A DNA stretch of 64,000 bases from Acidobacteriota bacterium (GCA_011526565.1 WYBL01000116.1:3019-67018), one strand, 5' to 3'; counted from the stretch's first letter, positions 9,423-24,535 are shown. A program made the numbers and translations. The notes: generated by a model from the letters alone, not told the origin.

Positions 9423-11029
9423 CGCGCAGCCCCCGGCTGGAGCAGCGTGAAGCCCTCCTTCGCCTTCGCCTCGGCGACGATCCGCCGCACGTCCTCCAGC
9501 AGCCGCTTCGCGTCGTAGACGATGCCGTCCTTGATCGTGTAGCGCACGCCGCCGACACGGACCGGCTCGTTCTTCGCGTCGAGCTCGATCGCCCCGGTGC
9601 CGTACAGGGAGCCGAGGTGGGCCAGCGGGTTCTTCGAAAGCACCACCAGGTCGGCCTTCTTGCCGACCTCGACCGAGCCCACGTCCTTCGCGCGGCCGAG
9701 CGCCTCCGCGCCCTTCAGCGTCGCCGCGCGCAGCACCTCGAGCGGGTGGAAGCCCGCCTCGCGCAGCAGCTCCAGCTCGCGCACGTAGTCGAAGCCGTAG
9801 AGCTTGTAGATGAAGCCCGAGTCGGAGCCGGTGGTGACGCTGCCGCCGCGGTTCTTGTACTCGTTCACGAACGCCATCCACAGCCGGTAGTTCTCGCGCC
9901 AGGCCACCTCGTCCTCGGTGGTCCAGTAGAACCAGTACGAGCCGTGGGCCTTGCGCGAGGGCTGGTAGAAGCGCCACAGCGAGGGCAGCGTGTGCTCCTC
10001 GTGCCACTCGGCGCGGCGGGCCCGCATCAGGTCGCGGCTGGCCTCGTAGATCGTGAAGGTGGGATCGAGGTTGAAGCCGAGCGAGACGAGCTCGTCCATC
10101 ACCGCGTTCCACTTCGGGCTGAACGGCGCCGCCGCCTGCTTCCACAGCCGGCCGGCCTCGCCGAAGCGGTGCTGCTCGTCGTTGTAGTTGTAGCCGGCCG
10201 GAAAGTCCTGGACGGTGCGGCCCTCGAACAGCGCCTCGGGCAGCCCGTACCAGTGCTCCATGCCGTGCAGGCCCATGCGCGCGGCGTCGAGCACGTTGAC
10301 GCGCGCGACGCCCAGTTGCGCCAGGTGGGCCGTGGTGCGGATGCCCTGCTTCCGCGCCTCGTCGATGGTGGCCGCCATGATCGCCGGCGGCAGCGAGGTC
10401 AGCTTGAGGCCGTCGGCGCCCTGCTTCGCGACCGAGGCCACCCACGCCCGCGCCGCCTCGGGGGTGCTCGCCGGCGCCTTCAGGCCCTGGCTCCACCACG
10501 CGTAGGCCTCGATCCGCGGCGCCGTGATCTCGTTGCGCGCGCTCTTCGCCTTCGCCTCCAGCACCCAATCGAGCCCGTTGCCGGCCCCGGGATCGCGGAT
10601 CGTCGTCACGCCGTGGGCCATCCACAGCTTGAAGACGTACTCGGCAGGCGTGCCCTGCTCGCGGCCGCCGATGTGGGCGTGGGCGTCGACGAAGCCGGGG
10701 ATCACGAAGTGGCCGTCGAGCTCGCGGACCTCGTCGCCGGGTTCCGCCTTGGGCCGCCGCGACGGGTCGATCGGCACGCCGGGGAAGCCGACGCTCTGGA
10801 TCTTCGCGATGCGGTCCTTCTCGATGACGATGTCGACGGGGCCCACCGGCGGAGCCCCGGTGCCGTCGATCAGCGTCACGCCGCGCAGGATCAGCCGCCC
10901 CCACGGCCCCTCGCCTTCGGCCCTGGGGGGCGCCTTGGGAATGCCCCGCGCCTCCTCCTCGTCGGCCCCCGCGCCGCCGGCGAACAGCGCCAGCCCCGCG
11001 CACAGGACCAGTGACAGCCAGCGGTTCAT
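9419..11029 (-). CDS. Periplasmic metal-dependent amidohydrolase family protein
   Basis: Signal peptide MNRWLSLVLCAGLALFAGGAGA; HFVIPGFVDAHAHIGG (HxH metal ligands), later VTTGSDSG and GKKADLVVL typical of amidohydrolase superfamily. Confidence 0.8.
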
Positions 11030-11049
11030 CGCGCGACCTCCGGGACCTC

Positions 11050-13182
11050 TCAGAATCGCAGTTCGGCCGACAGCTCCACGCGCCGCCCGTCGACCGGAAG
11101 CCGCAGCGGGACGTACACGTAGCTGGCGGCCTGCAGTCCCTCCTCGTCCAGCGCGTTGCGCAGGTCGAGGTGGAACGTCACCGGGTAGACGAGGCGGGTC
11201 TTGTAGGACACCCGCGCGTTCATCGTCAGGAACTTGCCGGCCTCGCCGGCGCCGCGGGCCGAGTCGACGGCATGGGGCCCCATGAAGCGCACGGCGTAGG
11301 AGCCGGTCCAGTCACCGAACCGCTGCGAGAAACCGATCGAGCCGAGCAGGGCCGAACTGGCGGGCAGCTTCTCCTCGGGCCCGCCATCCACCTGCTGCCG
11401 GGAGCGGGCCCAGGCCAGGTTCAGGTACGCCGAGGTGCCGCGGTCCCGGAAGCGCATCGCGGCGCCCACGCCGGAGGAGCGGACGACGCCGCGCGATTGG
11501 TACTGCAGCAGGCCGACCAGGTCCTCGGCGGTGCCGGAGCGGCCGACGATGCCGCCCTGCACCTCGGACGGCGCGCCGATCTCGACGCCCTGGATCAGGC
11601 CGTCGAGCCGCGAGCGGAACGCATAACCCTGGACCGCGACGCGCGGAGAGGCGCTCCAGATGGTCGACAGCTCCCACGACTCGATCTCCTCGGACTCGAG
11701 CGAGGGGTTCGGGATCTGGGTCTCGAAGTCGTCCTCGTAGGACGCCTCGAAGATGGTCGGCGGGCGGAAGCCGCGGCCGTAGAGCGCCTTCAGCGACAGC
11801 GTCGGGTCGGGCTTGAAGATCGCCGCCACCCGCGGCTGGGCCTTGGAGCCACCGGGGTCGGTGTCGGCCCAGTTGCCGCCCAGCACCAGCGTGAAGCGCT
11901 CGGTCGGCCGCCACTCCTCCTGGGCGTAGAGCACGGCGAAGCGGCCGGTCGTCTGCTGCTCGGTGACCGCGCTGCCGCCGGCGCCGACGAGCGGACGCAA
12001 CTGGAAGTCGCGACCCAGGCTGCGGTGCCGGATCTCGCCGCCGACGGTCACGAAGTGGCTGCCGAGGCGGCGCGAGAAGCGCAACTCGCCGCCGGTGTCG
12101 CGCGAGTCGGTGTTGAGGGCGAAGCGGTAGCCTGGCGCCGGCGGGAACACCGTGGGGTCGGCGTACGGGTCGCGCTCGCGATAGGTGTAGATGTCGTGGA
12201 ACGCGCGGGCCGCAACGTCCCAGCCGCTGGCCAGCCTGCGGTCCCACTTGACCTCGAGCAGGGTGCGGTGGTCGCGCTGGGTCTGGCCCGCGCCGAACAC
12301 CGTGCCGTAGGGCGCGTAGGCGCCCTCCTTCTCCCGCACGCCGGTGCGCGCCATCAGCGACCAGTCGCCGCGGCTCGCGGTCACGAACGCGAACGGCGCC
12401 TTCTCCGAGTCGACTCCTTCGGCGCGCCCGCCCCAGGCCGTGGAGCCGTCGAAGCGGACCGGGAACCCGGCGTCCTCCTCGGGCAGGTCGATCTCCTCGC
12501 CCGCCGAGCCGTAGTACCCGGCCGCCACCAGCACCTTCCACTCGCGCGGGTCGTCTCCGCCCGTCAACCCGGAGCCGCCCCAGGACACGACGCCGCTTCC
12601 CGTCGCCTGGTTCCCGCCGGTCACTCGCACCCGCCAGCCGGCGAGAGCCTCCGAGGCGCCGTTCCCGGTGACCACGTTCACGATGCCGTACAGGCTGTAG
12701 CCCCCGTACAGGAGCGACGACGGGCCGTAGACGATCTCGATACGCTCGACCAGGTCGAGCGGCACCAGCATCTCGCGGCCGACGCCGCCGAAGCTCGACC
12801 ACGGCTCGTTGACCGGGTGGCCGTTGAGCATGACGAGGATGCGGGTGTTGAAGTCCTCGAAGAAGAACAGCCCGCGCGAGCCGACCAGGTCGTAGCGCTT
12901 GTCGGACAGCGTGAAGTTGCCGAGCGAGGCGTAGTTGAGCACCTCGGACAGCGTGCGGAAGCCCCAGCGCTCGATGTCCTCGCGGGACAGGATGGTGACG
13001 GTGGCCGGGGTTTCCTTGGGGTCCTCGGCGTGCTTGGAGACGCCCTCGATCCGCTCGTTGTTGAAGTACTGGGCGGCCTGCTCGAAGAAGTCCTCCTGGG
13101 CTGTCGCGACGGGCGGACACAGCAGGGTCCAGGCGCCGAGCGCCAGGGCGCCGGCGAGCCGGGCGGGGCTAGCGCTGCGCAC
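11050..13182 (-). CDS. TonB-dependent outer-membrane receptor
   Basis: Signal peptide; plug (ATVTILSREDIERWGFRTLSEVL, RGLFFFEDFNTRILVMLNG), barrel ending ...VELSAELRF. Confidence 0.85.
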   Translation of the reverse strand: MRSASPARLAGALALGAWTLLCPPVATAQEDFFEQAAQYFNNERIEGVSKHAEDPKETPATVTILSREDIERWGFRTLSEVLNYASLGNFTLSDKRYDLVGSRGLFFFEDFNTRILVMLNGHPVNEPWSSFGGVGREMLVPLDLVERIEIVYGPSSLLYGGYSLYGIVNVVTGNGASEALAGWRVRVTGGNQATGSGVVSWGGSGLTGGDDPREWKVLVAAGYYGSAGEEIDLPEEDAGFPVRFDGSTAWGGRAEGVDSEKAPFAFVTASRGDWSLMARTGVREKEGAYAPYGTVFGAGQTQRDHRTLLEVKWDRRLASGWDVAARAFHDIYTYRERDPYADPTVFPPAPGYRFALNTDSRDTGGELRFSRRLGSHFVTVGGEIRHRSLGRDFQLRPLVGAGGSAVTEQQTTGRFAVLYAQEEWRPTERFTLVLGGNWADTDPGGSKAQPRVAAIFKPDPTLSLKALYGRGFRPPTIFEASYEDDFETQIPNPSLESEEIESWELSTIWSASPRVAVQGYAFRSRLDGLIQGVEIGAPSEVQGGIVGRSGTAEDLVGLLQYQSRGVVRSSGVGAAMRFRDRGTSAYLNLAWARSRQQVDGGPEEKLPASSALLGSIGFSQRFGDWTGSYAVRFMGPHAVDSARGAGEAGKFLTMNARVSYKTRLVYPVTFHLDLRNALDEEGLQAASYVYVPLRLPVDGRRVELSAELRF

Positions 13183-14011
13183 CGAGAGCCTCCGGATTCG
13201 CCCCGATGGCCTCCGCGGCCTTGCGGGACACCACGACCTGCATCTGGTCCACCTCGATGCGTTTCTTGCCCACCGTCTGCGGCTGCTGGGCCGCCTCGGT
13301 CGCGGCCTTCGCCATCGCCGCCGGCGGCGCGACCAGCGCCAGCGTCACGCCCTCGCGGGTCAGGCCCTCGAGGAACCCGACCGTCGGCTTCTTCGCCGCC
13401 TGGGACTGCTCGACGACGTACTCGACCGACTCGCGGCTGGTGGTGACCGGGTCCCCGATCGCCAGCAGCAGGGCGTCGACCTTGCCGAGCGCCGGCTTCA
13501 CGGAGCGGTACAGGTCTCCCGTCGAGTTCACGGTGACGGGCACCACCGCCACCCCGGCGGCCTCGCCGGCCTTGACGAAGCCCAGCGCGATCTCGCGGTT
13601 GCGGGCCGGCGTGAAGACGAAGCCGACCGCCTTCGCCTTCAGCGTGTCGCGCAGGTACTCGAACACCTTGTCGAGCCGCGGGTAGAAGGAGATGTAGGTG
13701 CCCGGGGTGCGGACCTGGGCGGGGTTGGCGACGCCCAGCGACACGACCGCGGCGCCTCGCGCCTCGGCCGCCACCTCGGCGGACTTGGGCCCGACGGCGA
13801 ACAGCACCCGCTGGCCCTTCGACTCGCGGGCGAGGCGAGAGGAGTCCGCGAGGTCGTCGCCGGTCAGCTCCACGACGCGGGCTTCGCCGGACAGCGCGCG
13901 CACGATGGCGTCGGTCAGGCCGAAACTCTCGCTGCGCGGCTTGAGCACCACCGAGCCGGTGGCGGGAGCCGCGAGCGAGGCGACCAGCAGGAGCCGGGCT
14001 GCAAGCGTCAC
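13169..14011 (-). CDS. Periplasmic substrate-binding-protein-like protein (ABC SBP fold, uncharacterised family)
   Basis: GTG start with signal peptide VTLAARLLLVASLAAPATG; overlaps TBDR start by 14 nt; track ORF N-terminus (MMAISLRR...) judged spurious. Confidence 0.5.
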   Translation of the reverse strand: MTLAARLLLVASLAAPATGSVVLKPRSESFGLTDAIVRALSGEARVVELTGDDLADSSRLARESKGQRVLFAVGPKSAEVAAEARGAAVVSLGVANPAQVRTPGTYISFYPRLDKVFEYLRDTLKAKAVGFVFTPARNREIALGFVKAGEAAGVAVVPVTVNSTGDLYRSVKPALGKVDALLLAIGDPVTTSRESVEYVVEQSQAAKKPTVGFLEGLTREGVTLALVAPPAAMAKAATEAAQQPQTVGKKRIEVDQMQVVVSRKAAEAIGANPEALGAQR

Positions 14012-14072
14012 GTTCCGCGGAGGATAGCCGATTCCGGGGCGGACCCGGGCGGGCGTCGACGAGGCCCCGTCG

Positions 14073-15647
14073 GTGCTGTTACAGTGCGCGCGGTTTCCCA
14101 AGGGAATGAAGCTGCTCCAGGACCTCTCGATCCGGCGCAAGCTGATCGCCATCATCCTGATGACGACCAGCGCGGTCTTCCTGCTGACCGCGGTCGCCTT
14201 CTTCAGCTACGACCTCGTCACCCTGCGCGGGCGCATGGTCGAAGAACTGAAGGTGATGGCGCGCCTGGTCGACGCCAACACCCAGGCCCTGCTCCTCTTC
14301 AACGAGCAGGACGAGGCGCGGGCCCGGCTGGAGTCGCTGGCCGCGCAGCCGCGGCTGCTCTCGGCCCGGCTGCTGACCCCCGACGGCAAGGTCCTCGCCG
14401 AATACGTGGCCAAGAGCCGCGAGGGACCGATGGGCGGGCCGCCCGAGGTGGAGACCGTGCGCGACCAGGAGCTGCACCGCTTCCTGCCCGGAACCCTGCT
14501 GCCGCGCCGCCTGGTCCTGTCGCGCCCGATCTACATCGGCCAGGACCAGTTCGCGGGCTGGGTCTACCTCGAGTCCGACACCCGCGAGCTGACGGCCCGG
14601 CTGTGGAACTACTTCGGCGTCACGGCGCTGATCATGCTGGCGGCCTCCGGCCTCGCGTTCCTGCTCTCCTCGCGGCTGCAGGGCCTGGTCTCGGAGCCGA
14701 TCCTTCACCTCGTGCAGGTGGCCGGCGAGGTCTCCCACAAGCAGGACTACCGGGTGCGGGCGACGCGGCGCGGCGACGACGAGGTCGGCAAGCTGGTCGA
14801 CGCCTTCAACGAGATGCTGGTCCAGATCGAGCGCCGCGACGAGGCCCTCGTCGAAGCGCGCGACCAGGCCTACGAGGTGAGCCGGACCAAGAGCGCGTTC
14901 CTGGCCAACATGAGCCACGAGTTGCGCACGCCGCTCAACGCCATCATCGGCTACACGGAGATGCTGCGCGAGGAGGCGGAAGAAGTCGGCCAGGAGGACT
15001 TCATCCCCGACCTGGTCAAGATCCACTCGGCCGGCAAGCACCTGCTGGGGCTGATCAACGACATCCTCGATCTGTCGAAGATCGAGGCCGGCAAGATGAC
15101 CGTGCACGCCGAGCTGTTCGACGTGGCGGGCGTCGTGCGCGACGTCGCCTCCACCGTGCAGCCGCTGTTCGACAAGAACGGCAACGTCCTGGTCGTCGAG
15201 ACCGGCGACGGGCTCGGCGACATGAGTTCCGACGTCACCCGCGTGCGCCAGGTGCTGCTCAACCTGCTGTCGAACGCCTCGAAGTTCACGTCGGCGGGCC
15301 GTGTCCACATGCGGGTCGGCAAGTTCGAGCGCGACGGCGCCGACTGGGTCCGCTTCGCGGTCCAGGACTCGGGCATCGGCATGACCCCGGAGCAGCTCGC
15401 CAAGCTGTTCCAGCCGTTCAGCCAGGCCGATTCCTCGACGACCCGCAAGTACGGCGGCACCGGGCTCGGCCTCGCGATCAGCCGCCGCTTCTGCCACATG
15501 ATGGGCGGCGACATCGCGGTGACCAGCGAGATCGGCAAGGGCTCGACCTTCACCGTCGAGTTGCCCGTGGCGATGCCCGAGCCCGCGGCCTCCTCCGCCG
15601 TGCGGGCGCGGGCCGCGGCCGAGCCGAGGCCCGCCACCGGGCGCTAG
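14073..15647 (+). CDS. Membrane sensor histidine kinase (periplasmic sensor-TM-HAMP-HisKA-HATPase_c)
   Basis: TM1 [25 protein letters not shown]2 [21 protein letters not shown]-box [34 protein letters not shown]. Alternative ATG at 14106. Confidence 0.8.
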   Translation: MLLQCARFPKGMKLLQDLSIRRKLIAIILMTTSAVFLLTAVAFFSYDLVTLRGRMVEELKVMARLVDANTQALLLFNEQDEARARLESLAAQPRLLSARLLTPDGKVLAEYVAKSREGPMGGPPEVETVRDQELHRFLPGTLLPRRLVLSRPIYIGQDQFAGWVYLESDTRELTARLWNYFGVTALIMLAASGLAFLLSSRLQGLVSEPILHLVQVAGEVSHKQDYRVRATRRGDDEVGKLVDAFNEMLVQIERRDEALVEARDQAYEVSRTKSAFLANMSHELRTPLNAIIGYTEMLREEAEEVGQEDFIPDLVKIHSAGKHLLGLINDILDLSKIEAGKMTVHAELFDVAGVVRDVASTVQPLFDKNGNVLVVETGDGLGDMSSDVTRVRQVLLNLLSNASKFTSAGRVHMRVGKFERDGADWVRFAVQDSGIGMTPEQLAKLFQPFSQADSSTTRKYGGTGLGLAISRRFCHMMGGDIAVTSEIGKGSTFTVELPVAMPEPAASSAVRARAAAEPRPATGR

Positions 15648-15654
15648 ACCGCCT

Positions 15655-18600
15655 TCAGCTCGTCACCGTCCGCAGCCGCTCGCACAGCACGCGGATCACG
15701 CCCCGCACGACCTCGATGCGGTCGGCCATCAGCTCGTACAGCGCCTCCTGCTCGAGCCGGAACAGGTGGGTGGCGCCGATCGCCAGCACCGACGCCGAGC
15801 GCGGCTCCGGGTCCAGCGCGGCCATCTCGCCGAAGATCTCGCGCGGGCCCAGCTCGCGCAGCACGCGGCCCTCGTTGACGACCCGCACCCCGCCTTCGAC
15901 GACGATGTAGAGCGCCGACCCCATGTCGCCCTTCTCGAACACGATGCCGCCGGGGCCGACGTCGACCTCCTCGAGCCGCGAGGCCACCTCGGCCAGGATC
16001 TCGTCGGGCGTCTCGCGGAAGATCGACACGCTCTTCAGGATGATCACCTTCTCGACCGTGGTCAGCATCGACGTCCCTCCCGACAGCTCCGCCTCGTAGC
16101 GCGCGATCAACCGCTCGGCCTCGTCGAGCGCGAGGCCGGTGGCCGGCTGGCGCCGCCGCGGCAGCCGGGTCAGCACCTCGCGCACGATCGTCTCGTCGGC
16201 TGGCACGCGGGGCGCCAGCGCCAGCAGCCCCGGCAGGTCCGCCTCGACCGCAGCCTGCAAGGCGCAGGCGCGCAGCCAGGGCGCCGTCGCCTCGTCCGTC
16301 ACCAGTCGCTCGAGCCGCGCGGCGAAGCCCAGGAGTTGATGCGGGAAGGTCGCGCCCAACTTGCGCAGTCGCTCGGCATGCGCCACGTCCTCGAGCAGCG
16401 GCACCACCAGCTTGCCGACGTCGGGGGTCACAAGGCTGTCGACCAGTTCCACCGCCTGGGCCCGCTTCTCCGGCCGGCGGCTCGACAGGTTGACGCGGGC
16501 GCGCAGCACCGGGTCGGGCGGGTAGACGAAACCGAGCAGGCAGAAGACCCGCTCGCGAGCCCTGCCGAACGCGTGGTCCAGCGTGCTCGCGAGCAGCGCG
16601 CCCCGGGCCTCCGCGCGCACGTCCTCGAGCATCGCCAGCACCACCACCGCGTCGCGCACCTCGCGGGCGATCCGTTCCTTCACCTGCGGCACGGCAGCCG
16701 GCGCCGCCTCGAAGCCTGTCGTCGCCAGCGAGGACAGCAGCGACAGTCGCACCTCGGGATCGTCGTGGTCGGCGCACAGCCACAGGAACTCGCGGGCGCG
16801 GGCCCCGCCGATCTGCCCGATCAGGCGCGCGACCCGGCGCTGCGCCGAGCGCCGCCGCTGCTCGTCGGCGGCGTGGAAGGCCTGCTCGAGGTCCGGGAGC
16901 ACGGCGGGGCCCGAGGCGACCAGCGCCGCCATCGCCGCGGAACGGTGGGCGGGCAGGTCGAGGCTGCGCAACAGCAGCGGCAGCAGCCGCGGGTTGCGGA
17001 GCCGACCCGCGGCCCACAACGCGGCGCGCCGCACGGCCGGCTCGCGGTCGGCGAGCAACGCGATCAGCGGCCGGTAGAAGCTGGCCTGGCCGACCTCGCC
17101 GATCACCCGGGCCGCCTCCTCGCGGGCGACCGGTTCTTCGGCGCGGGCCATCGTCACCAGCCGCTCGCCGGCGGCCAGCACGCCTTCGATGCCGCCGTGG
17201 CGCAGCAGCGCCACCAGCGCTCCGCACCGGGCCTCCACCTCGGGGGCGTCGAGCGAGAGCATCACCCGCTCGACGTCCTCGGGTTCGCCGATCGCAGCCA
17301 GCGCCCGCAACGCCGCGCCGCGCGCCGCCGCATCCTCCTCCGCCACCGCCGCCAGCCGCACGGCCCCGAGCGCCGCGCGCAGGCCCAGCCGTTCCACACG
17401 CAGCGAGGCATCGCGGCGCACCGCGGGGTCCTGGTGGCCGAGTTGAGCGACCACGGCGCTCTCCAGCGACGGGTGGCCCAGTTCCTCGAGCACGCCGAGG
17501 CAGTAGGCGACCTCCTCGGGGCGCGGCGAGTGCAGCCCCTTCTGCAGCACGGCCAGGCTGGAGGCGTCGAGCGCCAGCGAGACCCCCTGCAGGTGGCGGC
17601 TCTCCAGCGCGCGGCGCAGCTTCTCGGTGTAGGCGCCGCGGAGCGTGGCGGCGACGACGACCCAGCCGAGCACCAGCAGTCCGAGCAGCGCGCACAGCTC
17701 GACGGCGCCGAAGCCGAGGCCGCCGACCAGGGCCAGCAACGCAATGCCGGCGACGCCGCCGGCCAGCGGGCCGACGATGCCTTCCACCGCGGTCTGCGCC
17801 CGCACCCGGGCCGCGCCGGGCAGCGGCTGGTAGAGCAGCAGCACCGCGCTGCGGTCGATCGAGTCGCGCAGCGACTGGTCGACCAGCTTGGTCAGCGCCA
17901 GCAGCGCGAAGAGCAGGGCCGTCGGAGCCGCCAGCGCACCCGCGCCGACGACGCCGAGGCAGCCGAGCCCGATCGCCGCCGGCATGAACTGCAGCGCCCC
18001 GAGCCCGAAGCGGGCCAGCGCCCGACCCGCCAGCGCTCGAGCCAGCAGGGTGATGGCCGCGACGCTGCCGTTGAACACGCCGATGAACGCGGTCAGGTCG
18101 CGCTCGGCGGGGTAGCGCGCCGCAGCCAGCGCGTAGAAGGCGTTGTCGAGGAAGTAGTAGGCGACGTACGACAGCGCCACGAGGGCGAACAGCAGCCGCA
18201 GGTAGCCGCTGCGCAGCCCGCCGCCGGAGCGGGCGGCGTGGGAGCGGTCCTCCTCGCCGCCGGCCGCCTCGAGCAGCGGGAAGCGCCGCGTCACCACTCG
18301 CAGCAGGGCCAGGCACCCGACCACGGCGGCGGCCGAGACCCACAGCAGGTCGGCGGTGCCGAAGCGCGCCACGAACAGCGGCACCAGCAGGCCCGTGAGC
18401 GCCCCGGCGGCGAGCTCTCCGGCGCCGATCGGCCCGAACAGCCGCTTGCCCTGGCGCACGTTGAGCAGCGAGCCCGAGAGCCCCCAGAACTCGAGCGTCA
18501 GCAGCACGCCCTCGACCTCGGCCCACACCGGCAGGACCAGCGCGACGGGCACGACGTGTCCCATGCCCAGCGCGCCGCGCAGCGTCAGCAGCGTGACCAG

Positions 18601-18879
18601 CACGACCAGCAGGTCGACGGCCAGCAGCGTGCGCAGGCCGACGCGCGCGGACAGGCGCAGGCGCAGGAAGCCGGTGACCGGGATCGCGATCGCCGCCGCG
18701 ATGTAGACCCAGGGCAGGTGGCGGGCGTCGCTGTGCGACAGGAACAGCGCCATGCCCGCGGTGCTGGTCAGGTTGCGCGGCACGCCGATGCAGAAGGAGT
18801 GGAGCATCAGCAGCCAGACGAGGCGCTCCTCCTCCGGGCGCACGTCCAGCATCGTGGCGATCGCCCTGCGCAGCCCCAT
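15655..18879 (-). CDS. Npt1/Npt2 (TLC ATP/ADP-translocase-like) MFS transporter fused to HEAT repeats and a C-terminal cyclic-nucleotide-binding domain
   Basis: N-term MLDVRPEEERLVWLLMLHSFCIG... ~12 TM; middle HEAT-like repeats (AVRRDASLRVERLG, PAVRRAALWAAGRL, PEVRLSLLSSL); C-term cNMP-binding (IVFEKGDMGSALYIVVEGGVRV...FGEMAAL...RSASVLA). Confidence 0.7.
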   Translation of the reverse strand: MGLRRAIATMLDVRPEEERLVWLLMLHSFCIGVPRNLTSTAGMALFLSHSDARHLPWVYIAAAIAIPVTGFLRLRLSARVGLRTLLAVDLLVVLVTLLTLRGALGMGHVVPVALVLPVWAEVEGVLLTLEFWGLSGSLLNVRQGKRLFGPIGAGELAAGALTGLLVPLFVARFGTADLLWVSAAAVVGCLALLRVVTRRFPLLEAAGGEEDRSHAARSGGGLRSGYLRLLFALVALSYVAYYFLDNAFYALAAARYPAERDLTAFIGVFNGSVAAITLLARALAGRALARFGLGALQFMPAAIGLGCLGVVGAGALAAPTALLFALLALTKLVDQSLRDSIDRSAVLLLYQPLPGAARVRAQTAVEGIVGPLAGGVAGIALLALVGGLGFGAVELCALLGLLVLGWVVVAATLRGAYTEKLRRALESRHLQGVSLALDASSLAVLQKGLHSPRPEEVAYCLGVLEELGHPSLESAVVAQLGHQDPAVRRDASLRVERLGLRAALGAVRLAAVAEEDAAARGAALRALAAIGEPEDVERVMLSLDAPEVEARCGALVALLRHGGIEGVLAAGERLVTMARAEEPVAREEAARVIGEVGQASFYRPLIALLADREPAVRRAALWAAGRLRNPRLLPLLLRSLDLPAHRSAAMAALVASGPAVLPDLEQAFHAADEQRRRSAQRRVARLIGQIGGARAREFLWLCADHDDPEVRLSLLSSLATTGFEAAPAAVPQVKERIAREVRDAVVVLAMLEDVRAEARGALLASTLDHAFGRARERVFCLLGFVYPPDPVLRARVNLSSRRPEKRAQAVELVDSLVTPDVGKLVVPLLEDVAHAERLRKLGATFPHQLLGFAARLERLVTDEATAPWLRACALQAAVEADLPGLLALAPRVPADETIVREVLTRLPRRRQPATGLALDEAERLIARYEAELSGGTSMLTTVEKVIILKSVSIFRETPDEILAEVASRLEEVDVGPGGIVFEKGDMGSALYIVVEGGVRVVNEGRVLRELGPREIFGEMAALDPEPRSASVLAIGATHLFRLEQEALYELMADRIEVVRGVIRVLCERLRTVTS

Positions 18880-18921
18880 GGGAACCCGCGAACGATAACC
18901 GATCGCGGCCCGGCCCCTGCG

Positions 18922-19383
18922 CTACCTCGGGCGGTAGCGCTCGATCCGCCCCCGGCAGCGCGGGCTCCCGCAGCGACAGGCGAAGCTCCAGCGCGGGTCC
19001 CAGAAGTAGTGCTCGGGGAAGCGGGCGAAGAGACGGGCGTCGGCCCACTCGTAGTCGATCGTCAGCTCGGTCCCGGCGGCCACGTCGCGCAGGGTGGCGA
19101 GGTCGCGGTCGGAGCGGATCTCGGCATTGGGCTCGCAGCCGTGGTTGACGTAACGGGCGAGCGTCAGCGGCACCGTCCACTCGAACGGCGCGAAGGAGTT
19201 GACGTAGACGATCTCCGCCTCCGGCACCTCGGTCCACGGCAGGTCGGGCCCGAGGAAACGGGTGAAGACCGTGCCGGCCGGCAGGCCGACCCGCGCGAAG
19301 ATCCCGGTGTGGCCCGCCGTCACCTCCCGCGCCTCCACGAAGCTCGCCTCGAGGGCCCGGGTGGCCGCGATGGCCGCCTTCAC
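18922..19383 (-). CDS. SET-domain protein (putative protein-lysine N-methyltransferase)
   Basis: GTG overlaps upstream stop (GTGA); hallmarks RYVNHGCEPN, GTELTIDYEW, post-SET CRCGSPRCRG. Confidence 0.7.
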   Translation of the reverse strand: MKAAIAATRALEASFVEAREVTAGHTGIFARVGLPAGTVFTRFLGPDLPWTEVPEAEIVYVNSFAPFEWTVPLTLARYVNHGCEPNAEIRSDRDLATLRDVAAGTELTIDYEWADARLFARFPEHYFWDPRWSFACRCGSPRCRGRIERYRPR

Positions 19384-20573
19384 AACGCGATCTCGCGCAC
19401 CGGGCCACGCAGGCAGTGGTCGGAGGCCATCGAGGATCCGTAGGCGCCGGCGGGCAGCAACGCCAGCAGGTCGCCCTCCTCGATCGCCGGCAGCGGCAGG
19501 TCGCGGGCGAAGATGTCGTTCGATTCGTTGATGTTGCCCGCGACCGAGACCGGCCCGGCGACCGGCGCCAGCGGGCGGTCGACGTGGGCGATCTCGACCG
19601 GCAGTCCGTAGTGGGCGGCGTACAGGTTGACGTTGTGGCCGGCGTCGACGCCGATCCACACCGTGCCCGACTTCTCCTCGACCGTGTTGACCTCCACGAC
19701 GAGCACCCCCGCCGCGTCGACCAGCAGCGTGCCCGGCTCGCAGGCGACCGTCACGCCCAGCGGCCCGAGGTGGCGCGCGGCGGCCTCCGCCCACTCCTCC
19801 GCCATCACCGGGTCGTCCACGGCGCGGCGGCGGGCGCCGAGGCCGCCGCCCAGGTTCACGGAACGGACGTCCGGCAGCCGCCGCGCGAAGCCCGCGAGCT
19901 TCTCCATCACCCACTCGAGCTTGTGCAGCGCGCCGCGCTGGATGCCCCAGCCGCAGTGCACGTGCAACCGGTCGACGACGAGGCCCGCGGCGCCGGCGGC
20001 CTCCACCGCCGCGTCGAAGGCGTCGTGGGCGAAGCCGAACTTGGTGTTGCCGTAGGCCAGCTTGGGGTGGCTGCCGTAGCCGATGTCGACGGCGCAGTCG
20101 AGCCGCAGGCCGATCGCCGTGCCGCGCGGCACGCGGCGCCCCCAGCGGCGGATCGCCGACAGCGAGTCGAGGTTGAGGCCCGCGCCCTCCGCGGCGAAGA
20201 AGTCGAGGTCGCGGTCGCTCAGCATCGAGGCGGTGACCGAGATCTCGTCGGCCGCGAAGCCCGTCTCGCGCGCGAGCGCGAACTCGCGCGGGGAGCAGGC
20301 GTCGATGCCGACGTCGCCGCAGCCGCGGATCGTCGCGAGCACCGGCCGGAAGCGGTTGGCCTTCATCGCGTAGTAGAGCCGGAACGGCAGGCCGCGCGAG
20401 GCGAAGGCCGCGCGCAACTCGTCGACGCGGCGGCGCACCTTGGCCAGGCTGTAGACGTAGAGCGGGGTGCCGTGCTCGGCCGCCAGCTCGCGCAGCGATC
20501 GGCCGTCGAAGCTGAGGCCCGCGGCTTCGGCGCGCAGGCCGTTGCCGGCCCACCAGGCGGGGATCGTGCTCAC
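19380..20573 (-). CDS. PLP-dependent Orn/DAP/Arg decarboxylase family (group IV, LysA-like) enzyme
   Basis: GTG start VSTIPAWW...; GTPLYVYS, PLP-lysine motif YAMKAN, EPGT near C-term; upstream Arg-rich extension in track is spurious. Confidence 0.75.
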   Translation of the reverse strand: MSTIPAWWAGNGLRAEAAGLSFDGRSLRELAAEHGTPLYVYSLAKVRRRVDELRAAFASRGLPFRLYYAMKANRFRPVLATIRGCGDVGIDACSPREFALARETGFAADEISVTASMLSDRDLDFFAAEGAGLNLDSLSAIRRWGRRVPRGTAIGLRLDCAVDIGYGSHPKLAYGNTKFGFAHDAFDAAVEAAGAAGLVVDRLHVHCGWGIQRGALHKLEWVMEKLAGFARRLPDVRSVNLGGGLGARRRAVDDPVMAEEWAEAAARHLGPLGVTVACEPGTLLVDAAGVLVVEVNTVEEKSGTVWIGVDAGHNVNLYAAHYGLPVEIAHVDRPLAPVAGPVSVAGNINESNDIFARDLPLPAIEEGDLLALLPAGAYGSSMASDHCLRGPVREIAL

Positions 20574-20637
20574 GTTCGGGCTCGCGCAGAGTATAGGCGC
20601 GGCCCGGGCACGCGCCGGGCCGCGGCCGTGACCCCGC

Positions 20638-24525
<3,888 letters not shown>

Positions 24526-24535
24526 CCCGACGAGC

